A stretch of DNA of 64,000 nt from Dehalococcoidia bacterium (GCA_034421295.1 DAOUKM010000003.1:10915-74914), one strand, 5' to 3'. Counted from the stretch's first letter, positions 18,127-28,874 are shown. A program made the numbers and translations. The notes: a model not told the origin generated them from the sequence alone.

Positions 18127-18473
18127 ATCTCAGATTCCAAATCCTCCAAAATTGCGGGAAGCTGCGTGTTGAGTCCCACCGCGTCCTCTATGGGTACCTG
18201 AAAGGCGATGCCGGCGCCCGGCTCGGCATCGAGGCGTGCCGCGTCGCGGATGCGCTCCAGTATTTCGCGGGCGCGCGTCTCAACCACCAGGAAGAGGAGG
18301 ACATCGCGTTTGGTGGCGAGATCGAGGCCGAGGAAGGTCTTTTCCGGCCTCAGGCCGCCGCCCCGCACGTTAGTGATGATTGTGTCGCCCGTGGCTCCGG
18401 CCGCTCGAGCGGCTTTGACGACGACATCGACTTTGTCATCGCTTACCAGGGCGACAATCAGCTTTAGTCTCAC
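18123..18473 (-). CDS. P-II superfamily signal-transduction protein (non-canonical, no Tyr)
   Basis: KLIVALV...AARAAGATG.T...RGGG; C-terminal PGAGIAFQVPIEDAVGL. Confidence 0.88.
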   Translation of the reverse strand: MRLKLIVALVSDDKVDVVVKAARAAGATGDTIITNVRGGGLRPEKTFLGLDLATKRDVLLFLVVETRAREILERIRDAARLDAEPGAGIAFQVPIEDAVGLNTQLPAILEDLESEI

Positions 18474-18485
18474 GGCTCAAGCCTC

Positions 18486-19265
18486 CTAGGGGAGATCTGA
18501 CTTCCGCCTGCGGCTCAGCCAGGAGGCGGCAATAGAGTATGCCAGCACGGATATGATTGGGAAGACGCTGGCGAAAGCGATCAGTCCGAATCCATCGATC
18601 AGTGGGCTCCGCCCCGGCACGCTTGCGGCTAGTCCCAGTCCGAGGGCTGCGACCACCGGCACGGTGACGGTCGAGGTGGTTACGCCGCCGCTGTCGTAGG
18701 CGATCGGAACGATGGTCCTGCCGGCCCTGAACGTGAGCAGCATCACGACGACGTAGGAGCCGATGATGTACCAGGGGAGGGGCGTGCCGGTGACGATGCG
18801 GAGGCAGCCCAGCGCCACTCCCACGGCGACGCCGACGGCCACGGCGAGCCTCAGCCCCCAGGCGTTAACGACCCCGCCCGATGCGTCGCGGGCCTTGATC
18901 GCCACGGCGACGAGGGAAGGCTCGGCCATCGTCGTTGCGAAGCCGATGGCGCCCGCGAAAGCGTAGACCGGCAGATAATCGTGCCAGTCGATACCGTCAG
19001 CCAGTCTCTCCGCGCCGATTGTTTCGGGCGCTGTGAGCTGGCTTGCCATGGTCTTGCCTATCGGGAACAGGGCGTTCTCCAGGCCAATGAGAAACAGTGC
19101 AAGTCCCGCCAGGACGAGGATGGATCCGACGGCTATCCGGCGCAGGTTGGGCGGCTTACGGCGCAGAACCACGATCTGAAACAGCAGGAGGATCGCGACG
19201 ATGGGCGCGACGTCGAGCGCGGTGGATAGCAGGGCATCGGCGAAGGTGCGGGGGAGGTCGGCCAT
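18486..19265 (-). CDS. DUF1538 family membrane protein
   Basis: DVAPI...[51 protein letters not shown]. Confidence 0.9.
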   Translation of the reverse strand: MADLPRTFADALLSTALDVAPIVAILLLFQIVVLRRKPPNLRRIAVGSILVLAGLALFLIGLENALFPIGKTMASQLTAPETIGAERLADGIDWHDYLPVYAFAGAIGFATTMAEPSLVAVAIKARDASGGVVNAWGLRLAVAVGVAVGVALGCLRIVTGTPLPWYIIGSYVVVMLLTFRAGRTIVPIAYDSGGVTTSTVTVPVVAALGLGLAASVPGRSPLIDGFGLIAFASVFPIISVLAYSIAASWLSRRRKSDLP

Positions 19266-19999
19266 CAGGTCACCATTCCATAGGCGAGCACGCAGATCAT
19301 GGGCGTAAGGCTGGCGAAGGCTATGAGGCCGAAGCCGTCGACCATCGGATTGCGTCCTCGGATGGACGTGGCGAGCCCAACGCCTAGCGCCGTCACGAGC
19401 GGCACGGTGATGGTGCTGGTGGTAACGCCACCGGAGTCGTAGGCCACGCCGACGATTTCGGCGGGGGCGAAGACCGTCATGGCCGTCACCAGCAGGTATC
19501 CTGCGATGATGAGCCTGTGGATGGGCCAGCCCTTGAGGATGCGCAGTATGCCGATCACGATGGCGGCGCCCACGGCTAAGGCCACGACCAACCGTAGCTC
19601 CAGGGCGTAGGAGGCGCGCGCGCTATCGTCATCGACGATTGCGCCGGCCTCCGCGGCAACGTGAGCGGCCTCGGCGGCGACGGCGATCAGAGCCGGCTCG
19701 GCTATGGTAGTGCCGAAGCCCAGGCAGAAGCCGAATGCAAGCAGCACGGTGGCACTGCCCTTCCGGGCGAAGCCCTGCGCGAGCGCCTCGCCCAGGGGGA
19801 AGAGCCCGCTTTCGAGTCCCTGGATGAAGAGCGTCAGCCCCACTATCACGCAGAGCAGTCCTATGAGGACGCTCAGCAAATCAGGAAAAGGCTGCCGCAG
19901 CACCAATAGCTGGAAGAACGCGATGACGAGGATGATGGGCGCCAGATCGCGCACCGCGCTAAGGGTCAACCGCAGCATTGCAATCGGGAACCGGGTCAC
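19265..19999 (-). CDS. DUF1538 family membrane protein (paralog)
   Basis: DLAPII...[49 protein letters not shown]. Confidence 0.9.
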   Translation of the reverse strand: MTRFPIAMLRLTLSAVRDLAPIILVIAFFQLLVLRQPFPDLLSVLIGLLCVIVGLTLFIQGLESGLFPLGEALAQGFARKGSATVLLAFGFCLGFGTTIAEPALIAVAAEAAHVAAEAGAIVDDDSARASYALELRLVVALAVGAAIVIGILRILKGWPIHRLIIAGYLLVTAMTVFAPAEIVGVAYDSGGVTTSTITVPLVTALGVGLATSIRGRNPMVDGFGLIAFASLTPMICVLAYGMVT

Positions 20000-20015
20000 G
20001 TCTTCTTACTCAACC

Positions 20016-20154
20016 TTGAGGCCGACCCGGCCCGATAAAGGGAACGCACAGGGTGTAGTCGAGTCACCCAGGAGGGGGTAGCCGGGAGCCGAGCCGCCAG
20101 GATCCGAAAGTGAGGACGGGGAATGCTTATCGGGCACGGCCGATCAAGCCTCAA
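20016..20154. other. Long imperfect inverted repeat (rod-like structure) upstream of the DUF1538 operon
   Basis: TTGAGGC(20016)/GCCTCAA(20154) and CCCGATAA(20031)/TTATCGGG(20134) pair; inner hairpin GGGTG/CACCC. Confidence 0.5.
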
Positions 20155-20632
20155 CCTGAACACGAAGGCTCTTGGCTTCGTCATGCGGGGCGGCCGCGTT
20201 GGACAGCGGGCAGCACTATCTTCGAGATAGGACTGGGGCTCCATAGGTATACCGACACACTCGGCCCGGCCGTTCGGTCAGGGGGTGCAGCGGGTACTTG
20301 GTCTTGATCACTTAGTCTAACCGCGGCCAGTGTTTCCACCTGCGCTGGTCTGCAGGCCGCTTTCTCACTGTGTCAGTCTGGCGCCTTAGGCGGTCGTTGC
20401 GCCTTCTCTAGTTTCGGTCCCAGCACGTGCAGAGTCACGCTACCCGGGTTTGCTCAACCAGAGTCTGGTCCTCGCCTGCAGGGGCCATATGACCTTCAGC
20501 ACCCGGGCTTGGTGTTTCAGCCCGGGCTCGCAGATGGGCATCAGGAGCCGGGAATTCGTCGCCTCGATCACCTTTGCCTTGCCTGCTTACTTAAGGCCGG
20601 CGTGCTTTTCCCGGCAGCCATTGGCCTCGTAG

Positions 20633-21019
20633 ATGTCACGGCTCAGCGAATGGGCGATGCAGCCACCCGGTCTTGCGACGCACATCAAGGAACTGATGGC
20701 TGCGATTTACTCGCCGCTGGTTAGCGATTATTTCGACTGGCTACAGGAGGCCGGGTTCCGGATTCTCAGCTTCGAAGACCTGAGCGTCGAGGGCGAGGTC
20801 TCCAGCGTGGTGCCTTATGAGCAACTGCACAACTACCACAGTGCCACAGACCGGCGGGCATCGCGGCTAACGAAATATGGGCTGGCGCCACGGGGGATGA
20901 CGGTGACGCGCAACCAGCTTGGCGCCAGTGGGCAGGCCTGGTATGAGGCTGACCGCCTGAGGCCAGTCGCGCCCACGTGGCAACTCGTTGCCGACAAGAT
21001 TGGAGACGTGGACGGTTAA
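20633..21019 (+). pseudogene. Hypothetical protein or remnant, weakly like a methyltransferase C-terminus
   Basis: 128-aa ORF with DYFDWLQEAGFRILSFEDLS; isolated in a mosaic region; no N-terminal SAM motif. Confidence 0.3.
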
Positions 21020-21226
21020 GTCGGCTATAGACGGCCGGGCAGTTCAGCCTAGTCTAGCTCCTTATGCAGAACAGATCGTTGAATTCTGCCTTGGTCTTGC
21101 AGCGTTTGACCTTGGCGCGCATCTGTCCAAGCCGAGTTGACGCCCCCTTGCGGAGTTTGCATCCTGCCGGGCCAAGGTATTCGTCCACGTATCTCGACTG
21201 CCCAGTTGAATCTGTAATCGGACTCT

Positions 21227-21442
21227 TCACCGCTGGGCCAAGTACGCTCTTACCTCTCCGGCCGTTTGGAACAGGCGGCGCTCAGGACCGCTGTTGAGGA
21301 TGTCCATGACGGAGCGTCCCTTCGCATTGGACTGGTGCAGAATCACCACGCCGACTGTCTGTCCCGCCTCTAGCTCTGGGCTGGCAACCTCTACCTTGCC
21401 ACCCGGCTGCACCGTCGCTCTGACATGTAGAGCCTTTTGCAT
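21227..21442 (-). pseudogene. Orphan, C-terminally truncated antitoxin-like protein
   Basis: MQKALHVRATVQPGGKVEV.SPEL..GQTV.VVIL...RSVMDILNS.P.RRLFQT..EV.AYL matches small proteins I recall upstream of PIN toxins; stops early and no PIN gene follows. Confidence 0.5.
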
Positions 21443-21796
21443 GATTCATGACTCCTTGTCGAACACAGGCTGGTCATACTTGGTAGTGATACCGGAGTCC
21501 TTCAATAGTCGAGAACCAATGGTTCGGCATATCAGATAGACGGCGAGAGAGTCCGCTATTGAAAACATATGCCCGTACGCGTACGTACCTTACTGTCCGA
21601 TACCAGACATTTTCGTCCGGGACACCTTCCTGCCGCCAAGTCCGGCGCCGCATCGCGCCGGGCCTCCACCGGCATGATCGGCGGCTTTTGGAATCGTTGC
21701 CTCGACTCAGCGTCGGCAGAGCGTGCAGGCGGTGGCGAGCCCGGAAGGCCCACCGCCGATCACCACTAGCTTTCGCATGGTTCTGTGGGTCGGCGA

Positions 21797-22117
21797 TCAA
21801 GCCCCAGGAGGGCGGTAGTTCACCGTTTTCTGCCCGGCTATGTCGATTTCCTCTGGCGTGATCAACTGCACCGTGCTGAGGCTGAGCGCTCCTCCCGCCG
21901 TGATGGCAAGGGAGATCGCGGCAGCCGTCGCAGCATCGGGCAGGTCAAAGATGATGTACAGGTCCGCACCGCCGAAGGCATAGTAGAACGCCTCCAACTG
22001 CCCGCCTTGCTCCCTGCCCATCTCTTCGAAGACCTTCCGTCGCGAAGTGCCGCCTTCCCGAAGCAGACCCTGCATTCCTGTCGGTGTGTAATTCGCCTGA
22101 TAAAGGTACTTGGCCAA
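21797..22117 (-). CDS. GYD domain protein
   Basis: TTG 22117 with AGGAGG SD; YLYQANYT..G..GL, GGQLEAFYYAFGGADLYIIFDLPD. Confidence 0.9.
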   Translation of the reverse strand: MAKYLYQANYTPTGMQGLLREGGTSRRKVFEEMGREQGGQLEAFYYAFGGADLYIIFDLPDAATAAAISLAITAGGALSLSTVQLITPEEIDIAGQKTVNYRPPGA

Positions 22118-22622
22118 ACCTTGCCTCCTTATTTCAAATTCCAAGTGTACCCTTCTGCGAACTCTCCGGTGTGAGGTGGCGATGTAGGACTTGTGGGGAC
22201 GCAGGTCCCGGAGCCGCTAGGTCAAAGAAATCGCTAAACTCTCTTGCTGGGCTGGGCGCCATGGACCCGGTGGGACTGGTTGAGAGCGCTCGTTTGATGC
22301 GAGGATGATGCGGAGGGCCAATCTCTTTGCCCCGAGGAACGCAAGTTTCAGCAGACTTTCCCGGACGGCGAGTCCTGCGGCCCGGCGCACTGACGCATCA
22401 GCCAGACCAGAATGGGGTGGGAGGTCGCTTTGACGTTGTCCGGGATCAAGCGGATGGTCAGCGGTCGAGGAAGGCACCGCCACGCCTCAGGGTGGACACG
22501 GAGACCAGGGTACCGCGCTTTCCGTGGCCGAGACGAGGCGTACGTTCGGTACTGTCACCCCGGTGGCGAGCTTGCATGTGTGGACGTCGGATTGCCGGCG
22601 CGGTGGACCGGCTGAAGGGCGC

Positions 22623-23543
22623 TTAGTCTTCCAGGTTAAGCTCGTACCAGACCGTTTCGTCCGTCAGGTTAAAGCCAAGAGACAGGTACAGTTCCCTCGC
22701 CGGCTTGTTGCTGTGATCGACTTCAAGCCTTACCACGCTGGCACCCTTTGCGCGCAGGTAGGCCATGCCTGCGGTGACGATGACTCGGCCCAGACCCCTT
22801 CGCCTGTGGTCGGGGTGAACTCCGGTCATGCCTATCACCCCGCTCGGCGAGTTCGACTCTCGGGGCCTGTGGGTCCAGTTGTACCCGCATACCTCTTCCC
22901 CGCTCTCCAGCAGCAGGATGCCGTCCGCTTCCCAGGGCCTCAGCCTGACTCTCGTCGCTATCTGCTCAACCGTGTTGGGTGAGAATCCCCAGCTCTGTCC
23001 GAATGCGTCGTTCTGGAGGTCGGTGAGCGTCTCCTCGTCGCGGTCGAGCTCAAACGGCCTGATGGAGTGGTGAACTGGCATCGACGGCGCCTCGATGCCG
23101 TCCGACTCGGCCGTCAGGCGCCAGTACCTCCTTACGGCGTAAAAGCCCGAGTCCTCCAGGAGAAAGCGGCCGCCCCTGCTGTGCACCGAGACCTGAATGT
23201 GCAGGAGGGGAAGACCGAGTACGCTAACCCGCTCCATGACCTTGTCCAGGAGCTGGCGTCCGACCCCCCGCCTCCGGTGCTTGGGCAGCACGGCGATCTC
23301 GGCGACCGCGCGGCCGATGAGCGGCTCAGGCGAGACGCGCGCCATACCGGCATACTCGTCGGAGACCTCCGCCACAAAGCAGTTTTCCTCCGCGTCGACC
23401 GACGGCTGTGACAGAAACAGCCTCTTGTATCCCACGGAGGTCTCGATGCCGGCGGCGCTCGTCCCGTCAAGGTCGTTAACGAGCGCGGTCCACTCCGGAA
23501 GGTCGGACCAGTCGAAGGTTCTTATTGATGCGTTCTGCGGCAC
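22623..23543 (-). CDS. Tandem-GNAT acetyltransferase, MshD (mycothiol synthase)-like
   Basis: Two GNAT acetyl-CoA motifs (VLPKHRRRGVG; VHPDHRRRGLG), IRPF..DRDE, NDAF, GYNWT, LEVDHSNKPARELYLSLGF; GTG 23543 chosen as start. Confidence 0.8.
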   Translation of the reverse strand: MPQNASIRTFDWSDLPEWTALVNDLDGTSAAGIETSVGYKRLFLSQPSVDAEENCFVAEVSDEYAGMARVSPEPLIGRAVAEIAVLPKHRRRGVGRQLLDKVMERVSVLGLPLLHIQVSVHSRGGRFLLEDSGFYAVRRYWRLTAESDGIEAPSMPVHHSIRPFELDRDEETLTDLQNDAFGQSWGFSPNTVEQIATRVRLRPWEADGILLLESGEEVCGYNWTHRPRESNSPSGVIGMTGVHPDHRRRGLGRVIVTAGMAYLRAKGASVVRLEVDHSNKPARELYLSLGFNLTDETVWYELNLED

Positions 23544-23739
23544 CCGGGCTAGGGTCCTAGATTGGAGGTCTGAGCGGTGGGCATGCGCAAGGGGGGTCTG
23601 CCGAAGCCAACGGATTTTAGCAGAGCGGACCCGTGGCAACAATCGGAGCCGTGGCGCGGGTGTCGATGGTCCGCTCGCAGGTTGAGCGCCTTGCCGGAGC
23701 CCACGGCCCGGCCTAACATTCCGCAGGGACCGTAGAGCC

Positions 23740-24507
23740 TTGTACGACCTTCACGCACACATACTTCCCGCCTTGGACGACGGTGCCCGTACGGTGCAGG
23801 AGGCGCTCGCCATGGCATCGGTTGCCGCCCGCTGCGGGACCACCCTGATGGTGGCCACGCCCCATATGAAGGACGTGAACGAGCTGTCCTCCCCGGGAAA
23901 GGCGATCGAACTTCGCTCGCGTCTGGACTCCATGCTCGGCGACAGTGAAATCCCTCTCGGGCTGGTCATGGGAATGGAGAACCACGTCGTCCCTGAGCTG
24001 GGCGAGATGTTCGCCGACGGAAGGGCCCTTCCCATAGGCAACACCAGGTACGCACTGATCGAGATGCCATTTTTCGGCCATCCCGACTACCTGGAATCGA
24101 CGCTGTCGCAGGTTCAGTCGCTCGGAATCACGCCCGTGCTGGCCCACCCGGAGCGCATCGAGGTCGTGCAGCAAAGACCAGAGATCCTGGTCGATTTCGT
24201 AGAGGCGGGAATGCTCTCGCAGATCACGGCCGGAAGCCTGCTGGGCCACTTCGGTGCCGAAGTGCGCCGATTCACCGAGGACCTAGTCCGGGGCGGCCTG
24301 GCCCACGTTATGGCCTCGGACTGTCACCGGCCAGATGGTCCCAGGTCGCCCGCGCTGGGTCCCGGCCTCGCCGCGGCCGCAGAATTGATTGGCGCCAAGG
24401 AGGCCGAAAGGTTGGTCAACGAGAACCCCAGGTCGATCGTGGAGGACCGGAGGGTGATAGCCGGTGTGCCCCGACCGGTGGAGCCGATGCGTGCGGAGGT
24501 CTGGTAG
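23740..24507 (+). CDS. CpsB/CapC-type PHP-family protein-tyrosine phosphatase
   Basis: DLHAHILPALDDGA, VATPH, LAHPER, ASDCH. Confidence 0.92.
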   Translation: MYDLHAHILPALDDGARTVQEALAMASVAARCGTTLMVATPHMKDVNELSSPGKAIELRSRLDSMLGDSEIPLGLVMGMENHVVPELGEMFADGRALPIGNTRYALIEMPFFGHPDYLESTLSQVQSLGITPVLAHPERIEVVQQRPEILVDFVEAGMLSQITAGSLLGHFGAEVRRFTEDLVRGGLAHVMASDCHRPDGPRSPALGPGLAAAAELIGAKEAERLVNENPRSIVEDRRVIAGVPRPVEPMRAEVW

Positions 24508-24522
24508 TTCGGTGCTGGTAGT

Positions 24523-24930
24523 CTAGGAGTCGAAGTACGTAATCGTCTTGTCGGCCGTGATGGTGATGAATACGAACGAGTGCTGCTGGCTGGTCGTGAC
24601 GGCGTACTCGTGCCCCTCGGTCCTGCCCAGATACCGGTAGGACATCTCGTAAAGTAGCGGGTCGGTGTCCCCCTCGGATATCTCCGCCTTACCCTGGATG
24701 AGAACGTACCCGTATGGCCTGTCGCGGCTTGCGATCGAGACCGCGACCCTGGGGTCCCGCCGGACGTTGCGGACCTTGACGGTGGACGGCTCTGCGAGCA
24801 CCACGTAGGATTCCCCGTCGAACTTGTACCAGACCGGGGCCACGTGCGGCGCACCGTCGGGCATCAGCGTCACCAGATCGGCGATCTCGCGCCCGGCCAG
24901 AAATTCTGCGGTCTTTTCTCGGTCGTCCAT
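24523..24930 (-). CDS. PPOX-class (pyridoxamine 5'-phosphate oxidase-like, probably F420-dependent) oxidoreductase
   Basis: LVTLMPDGAPHVAPVWY, KVRNVRRDPRVAVSI, YVLIQGKA. Confidence 0.88.
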   Translation of the reverse strand: MDDREKTAEFLAGREIADLVTLMPDGAPHVAPVWYKFDGESYVVLAEPSTVKVRNVRRDPRVAVSIASRDRPYGYVLIQGKAEISEGDTDPLLYEMSYRYLGRTEGHEYAVTTSQQHSFVFITITADKTITYFDS

Positions 24931-24948
24931 GGCTGTCTTAGCCTCCCG

Positions 24949-25698
24949 CTAGAAGAGGGGCGGCTGCCCCCACCCCTCCTTATCGTCATCGCTGCCGGTC
25001 GCCGAGGCGGTCGTGACCATTCCCGCCAGCACGTCCTCTGCCAGGCGGCGCACCTCCCCGGCGATCTCCGGCTCCGGTTTCGTAGCGTCTATCCTTCGCC
25101 ACCTGTCGGGTTCCCCGGCCGCCATCTTTACGTATCCATCATAGACGCGCCTGTGGAAGGCGGCCGTCTCCTCCTCGAAGCGGCGCATTCCCTCCGGCTC
25201 CAGCCTCGGGGCGCCGGTGTCCGTCGCCCCCTCCAGGCGGGCCTGGGCACCGGCACGCCTCTCGGCCACGGCGGGAGGCAGGTCCAGAAAGAAGGTGAGG
25301 TCGGGGACCACGCCGTCGACCGCGGTCTCGTTGGCGGACCGGACCATGCCCACGCTTAGTCTGCGGCCGTAGCCCTGGTAGGCGACGGTTGAGTCCATGT
25401 AGCGGTCGCAGATCACAACCGCCCCCGGGCGGCTGAGCGCGGGCTTGATGACGCTCGAAACGAGCTGCGCTCTTGCTGCGAGGAACAGGAACAGCTCCGA
25501 GACCGGGCTCAGGGACTCCCTCCTGGACATGGACTGGCTCTTTACAAGCCTGCGGATCGATTCTCCCAGGGGTGTTCCCCCCGGCTCATGCACCAGCAGC
25601 ACGGGGAAGCCGTCTTCTGCGAGCCGCTGCCTGAGCAGGTCCGCCTGCGTCGACTTTCCCGATCCGTCCCCTCCCTCGAACGTTATCAGCACCGACAT
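24949..25698 (-). CDS. tmk: Thymidylate kinase
   Basis: ITFEGGDGSGKSTQ, HEPGGT, CDRYMDSTVAYQG, PDLTFFLD. Confidence 0.97.
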   Translation of the reverse strand: MSVLITFEGGDGSGKSTQADLLRQRLAEDGFPVLLVHEPGGTPLGESIRRLVKSQSMSRRESLSPVSELFLFLAARAQLVSSVIKPALSRPGAVVICDRYMDSTVAYQGYGRRLSVGMVRSANETAVDGVVPDLTFFLDLPPAVAERRAGAQARLEGATDTGAPRLEPEGMRRFEEETAAFHRRVYDGYVKMAAGEPDRWRRIDATKPEPEIAGEVRRLAEDVLAGMVTTASATGSDDDKEGWGQPPLF

Positions 25699-25725
25699 CT
25701 CGCGCGCCCCGGCCCGTCCGCCGGG

Positions 25726-27402
25726 CTAGCGGTAGATGACCACCTTGCGCCGGGGATCGCGCCCGGTGCTGGTGGACGATAGCCCGTACTTGTCTGCGAT
25801 CGCGTGCTGGAGATGGCGCACATAGGCACCCTGGGGAGTGAGCTCTATCTCGTCCTGATCGCCCGTCCTGACGCTCTGGACCGCCTGCTCGGCCTCCGAA
25901 AGCGCGCTGAGAACGGCCGTGCTCTGCTGGCTGCGACCGTTTTGCCGGGCAATCGCCTTTATGAACTGCTCGATCTGAGAGAGGGTGTTGCGCCTGAGCA
26001 CGTAGACGGGCTTTCCCTGCTGCTCGGCCGACCTCAGGGCGGCGGTGCGCCTGCGGTAGTAGTTCTTGGTCGTCAGCACCAGATCGGCGCTCTTTATGCC
26101 CTCCACGATCTCTATGGCCAGCCCGGACGAGGCGACCACCTGCTGGAGCCTGCCCTTGTTTACGCCGTAGGGCATGATGTGGGTTGGACGCGTCGGGGTA
26201 GTTTGTTCCAGCGCCGCCCCGGATTCGGCCCCTGAGGCAGGGGAGTGGTCGCCATCGGCCTCGGTGAGAGGCTCAAACCGCTCCGTCCGTCGCCCGGCAG
26301 GCCCGCCGGTGGCCAGGGCGGTCGGCCGGGTGCGCGACACATTGCCGCGCTCGTCAAGGGTGCGAATCTCGGGTGCGACCTGAACGCCCCGCAGCATGCG
26401 GTCCACCACCGAGGCCACGTCGTCGTGCACCGCGACGGTGTTCCAGTTCTGGATCTCCACAAGGACGTCGAAGGTCGGGGGCGCCCGGCGCTCCAGCACC
26501 GTCTTCTGGGTCCTCCTCCTGCGCGCCTCCTCGTCTCCCAGCGTCACGGTCTGGATGCCGCCGATCAGGTCCGACAGCGTCGGGTTCCTGGCCAGGTTCT
26601 CGAGCGTGTTGCCATGTGCGGTGGCCACCAGCTGGACGCCCCGCTCGGCGATCGTCCTGGCCGCGGTCGCCTCCAGCTCGGTCCCGATCTCGTCGATGAC
26701 TATCACCTGCGGCATGTGGTTTTCGACCGCCTCGATCATCACCGCGTGCTGATGCGCCGGCCTTCCCACCTGCATGCGCCGTGCACCGCCTATGCTCGGG
26801 TGCGGGATGTCGCCGTCTCCGGCGATCTCGTTGGAGGTGTCGACGATCACTACTCGCTTGAGGGCCGAGTCGGCCAGCACCCGCGCGACCTCCCTCAGCA
26901 TGGTGGTCTTGCCCACACCGGGTCGGCCGAGCAGGAGCGTGCTCTTTCCTGTGAGGATCAGGTCCTCGATGATCCTGATGGTGCCGAACACCGCCCGCCC
27001 GACCCTCAGCGTCAGGCCGACAACGCGGCCGCTCCTGTTGCGGATTGCAGAGATGCGATGGAGGGTTCTCTCTATGCCCGCCCTGTTATCCTCGCCGAAC
27101 TCGCCGACCCGGCCGGTGACGTGGGAGATGTCGGCCTCGGTGACCTCCCTGTCGCCAAGCGGGGCGGCGTCGCTTGCGAACCGCGCCTCGGGCAGCCGGC
27201 CGAGGTCGATTACGACCTCCAGCAGACCGGTAAGGTCGCTCCTTGCGGCAAGGGCGTCCCTTATGTGGTCGGGAAGGACGCTGACCAGCAGGTCTAGGTC
27301 CGACAGCTCTCTGTCCCCGACGGGATGAGGCTCAGGAAGATACGACTTCGTAGGCTCCAACCTCCTGGAATAGTTTCTCGGTTGCGCGAACCGACCGGGC
27401 AT
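25726..27402 (-). CDS. AAA ATPase with C-terminal R3H domain (Ycf45/SpoIIIAA-like); start uncertain
   Basis: [25 protein letters not shown]; C-terminal [14 protein letters not shown]3H; true start may lie near 27310-27360. Confidence 0.88.
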   Translation of the reverse strand: MPGRFAQPRNYSRRLEPTKSYLPEPHPVGDRELSDLDLLVSVLPDHIRDALAARSDLTGLLEVVIDLGRLPEARFASDAAPLGDREVTEADISHVTGRVGEFGEDNRAGIERTLHRISAIRNRSGRVVGLTLRVGRAVFGTIRIIEDLILTGKSTLLLGRPGVGKTTMLREVARVLADSALKRVVIVDTSNEIAGDGDIPHPSIGGARRMQVGRPAHQHAVMIEAVENHMPQVIVIDEIGTELEATAARTIAERGVQLVATAHGNTLENLARNPTLSDLIGGIQTVTLGDEEARRRRTQKTVLERRAPPTFDVLVEIQNWNTVAVHDDVASVVDRMLRGVQVAPEIRTLDERGNVSRTRPTALATGGPAGRRTERFEPLTEADGDHSPASGAESGAALEQTTPTRPTHIMPYGVNKGRLQQVVASSGLAIEIVEGIKSADLVLTTKNYYRRRTAALRSAEQQGKPVYVLRRNTLSQIEQFIKAIARQNGRSQQSTAVLSALSEAEQAVQSVRTGDQDEIELTPQGAYVRHLQHAIADKYGLSSTSTGRDPRRKVVIYR

Positions 27403-28264
27403 GGACCTTGAACTCGGCCCGGGCCGCCAGGCCGGCCCTGTCTGCCGCGCGGCCCACTGTCGGCTGGTAGCCGGGGATCAACGACACGACGGGACCGTTC
27501 GCCGGGGTCAGCGCCAGGCCGAGATCCGTCAGCGCGGCGGCGTCCTGGTCCGGGCAGTCGGGGTGGACCATGATCGAAAGGTCGGTTGCCGCGCCTAGCG
27601 CGAGCACCCTCAGCCAGCCCGTGATCCGTTGTCCGGACTCCAGCACGTACTCGTCTGCCCGTCCCGGGCCGTCCCAGCGGGATGCCGACCACTGCTCGAG
27701 CGTCATCCCCTCAAGGGCCCTCACCTCGGGAGGCGTGCAGGCGCTGTAGAGGCGGAATATGCCGTGCTCATCCTCGTCCTCTCTGGGCCTGATCCCCCGC
27801 GGGGGATCGATGCGGGCACCGGAGCCCCGGCCCCGATAGAGGGTCTCGGCGTGCGCCGGGAGCAGTCCCGCACGGCTGAGCTCATCTGCCACCGGGTCAC
27901 CGGCCAGCACGCGCGCCGACATGTTCGTCGCCGATCGCTTCTGGGCGGACGCGAATACGGCCGTCAGCACGCCGGCGACGCTGTCTTCGGCACCGGCGCT
28001 GACCTGCAGCCTGCTCAGCTCCCAGCTCTGCGGTCCGGCCATCCTGGAGGCCACCGCCAGGCAGAGGATGCGAGCTCCGTCGATCCACGCCCTTACGATG
28101 GCGCCCCTCGAGCCGGACATGCCGCGCACCGCGTCGATGGGCAATGCAATCCACTCCGGCGTGGATCGGCCCGGGTCGGAGCGCGAGTAGACGCGATTCT
28201 GAGTCTGTCCAAACCCCATGAGCAGGCAGCGGGGCAGGTCGGAGATCTGGATCGCCCGGATCAT
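27332..28264 (-). CDS. Hypothetical protein with degenerate tandem GNAT-like fold
   Basis: Overlaps the pdxT stop (ATGA); [16 protein letters not shown] and ITGWL patterns; host-like codon use. Confidence 0.6.
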   Translation of the reverse strand: MIRAIQISDLPRCLLMGFGQTQNRVYSRSDPGRSTPEWIALPIDAVRGMSGSRGAIVRAWIDGARILCLAVASRMAGPQSWELSRLQVSAGAEDSVAGVLTAVFASAQKRSATNMSARVLAGDPVADELSRAGLLPAHAETLYRGRGSGARIDPPRGIRPREDEDEHGIFRLYSACTPPEVRALEGMTLEQWSASRWDGPGRADEYVLESGQRITGWLRVLALGAATDLSIMVHPDCPDQDAAALTDLGLALTPANGPVVSLIPGYQPTVGRAADRAGLAARAEFKVHARSVRATEKLFQEVGAYEVVSS

Positions 28265-28854
28265 GGGGCCTCGTTGGCCGATCCCCCCGCCATGTCTGCG
28301 AACAGCCGGTGCATGCGCGAGTCGAAGGTCAGCTCCGGGTGAAACGCTGTGGCCAGCAGCGTGCCCTGGCGAACCGCCACGGGACGTCCGTCGTCCAGTT
28401 CGGCCAGTACCTGCACACCCGGGCCAATCTCGTCGACCACGGGCGCCCTGATGAAGACCGCCCGGAAGGGCGCATGGTCGAGCCCCGTGATCTCAAGGTC
28501 TGCCTCGAAGCTGTCCACCTGCCTGCCGAAGGCGTTGCGGGAAACCACGATGTCCATCAGCTTCAGGGGGTCCGGCCTTCGGTCGGTGAGCCTTTTGGCC
28601 ATTACGATCATGCCGGCGCAGGTACCCCAGATCGGCAGGCCCCTTCCTGCGGCATCCTCAAGGGCGGGCCTGAAGCCGTAGATGTCGATGAGCTGCACTA
28701 TCGTCGTGCTCTCACCGCCGGGGATTATCAGCCCGTCGACACCGTCCAGCTGGTCCGGCAGGCGGACTTCGCACGATTCGACCCCCACCCTTTCCAGGGC
28801 GTGACGGTGCTCGATGAAGTCGCCCTGTATGGCCAGGACGCCGATTCGCGCCAT
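28261..28854 (-). CDS. pdxT: PLP synthase glutaminase subunit
   Basis: GVLAIQGDF, IIPGGESTT, WGTCAGMI, RNAFGRQVDSFE, TAFHPEL. Confidence 0.99.
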   Translation of the reverse strand: MARIGVLAIQGDFIEHRHALERVGVESCEVRLPDQLDGVDGLIIPGGESTTIVQLIDIYGFRPALEDAAGRGLPIWGTCAGMIVMAKRLTDRRPDPLKLMDIVVSRNAFGRQVDSFEADLEITGLDHAPFRAVFIRAPVVDEIGPGVQVLAELDDGRPVAVRQGTLLATAFHPELTFDSRMHRLFADMAGGSANEAP

Positions 28855-28874
28855 ATAGAGTGCTGTCTACACCC

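Noticed and set aside
22150-22620. Small ORFs 22217-22483 and 22412-22615
   Set aside because: No SD-supported start or recognisable motif.
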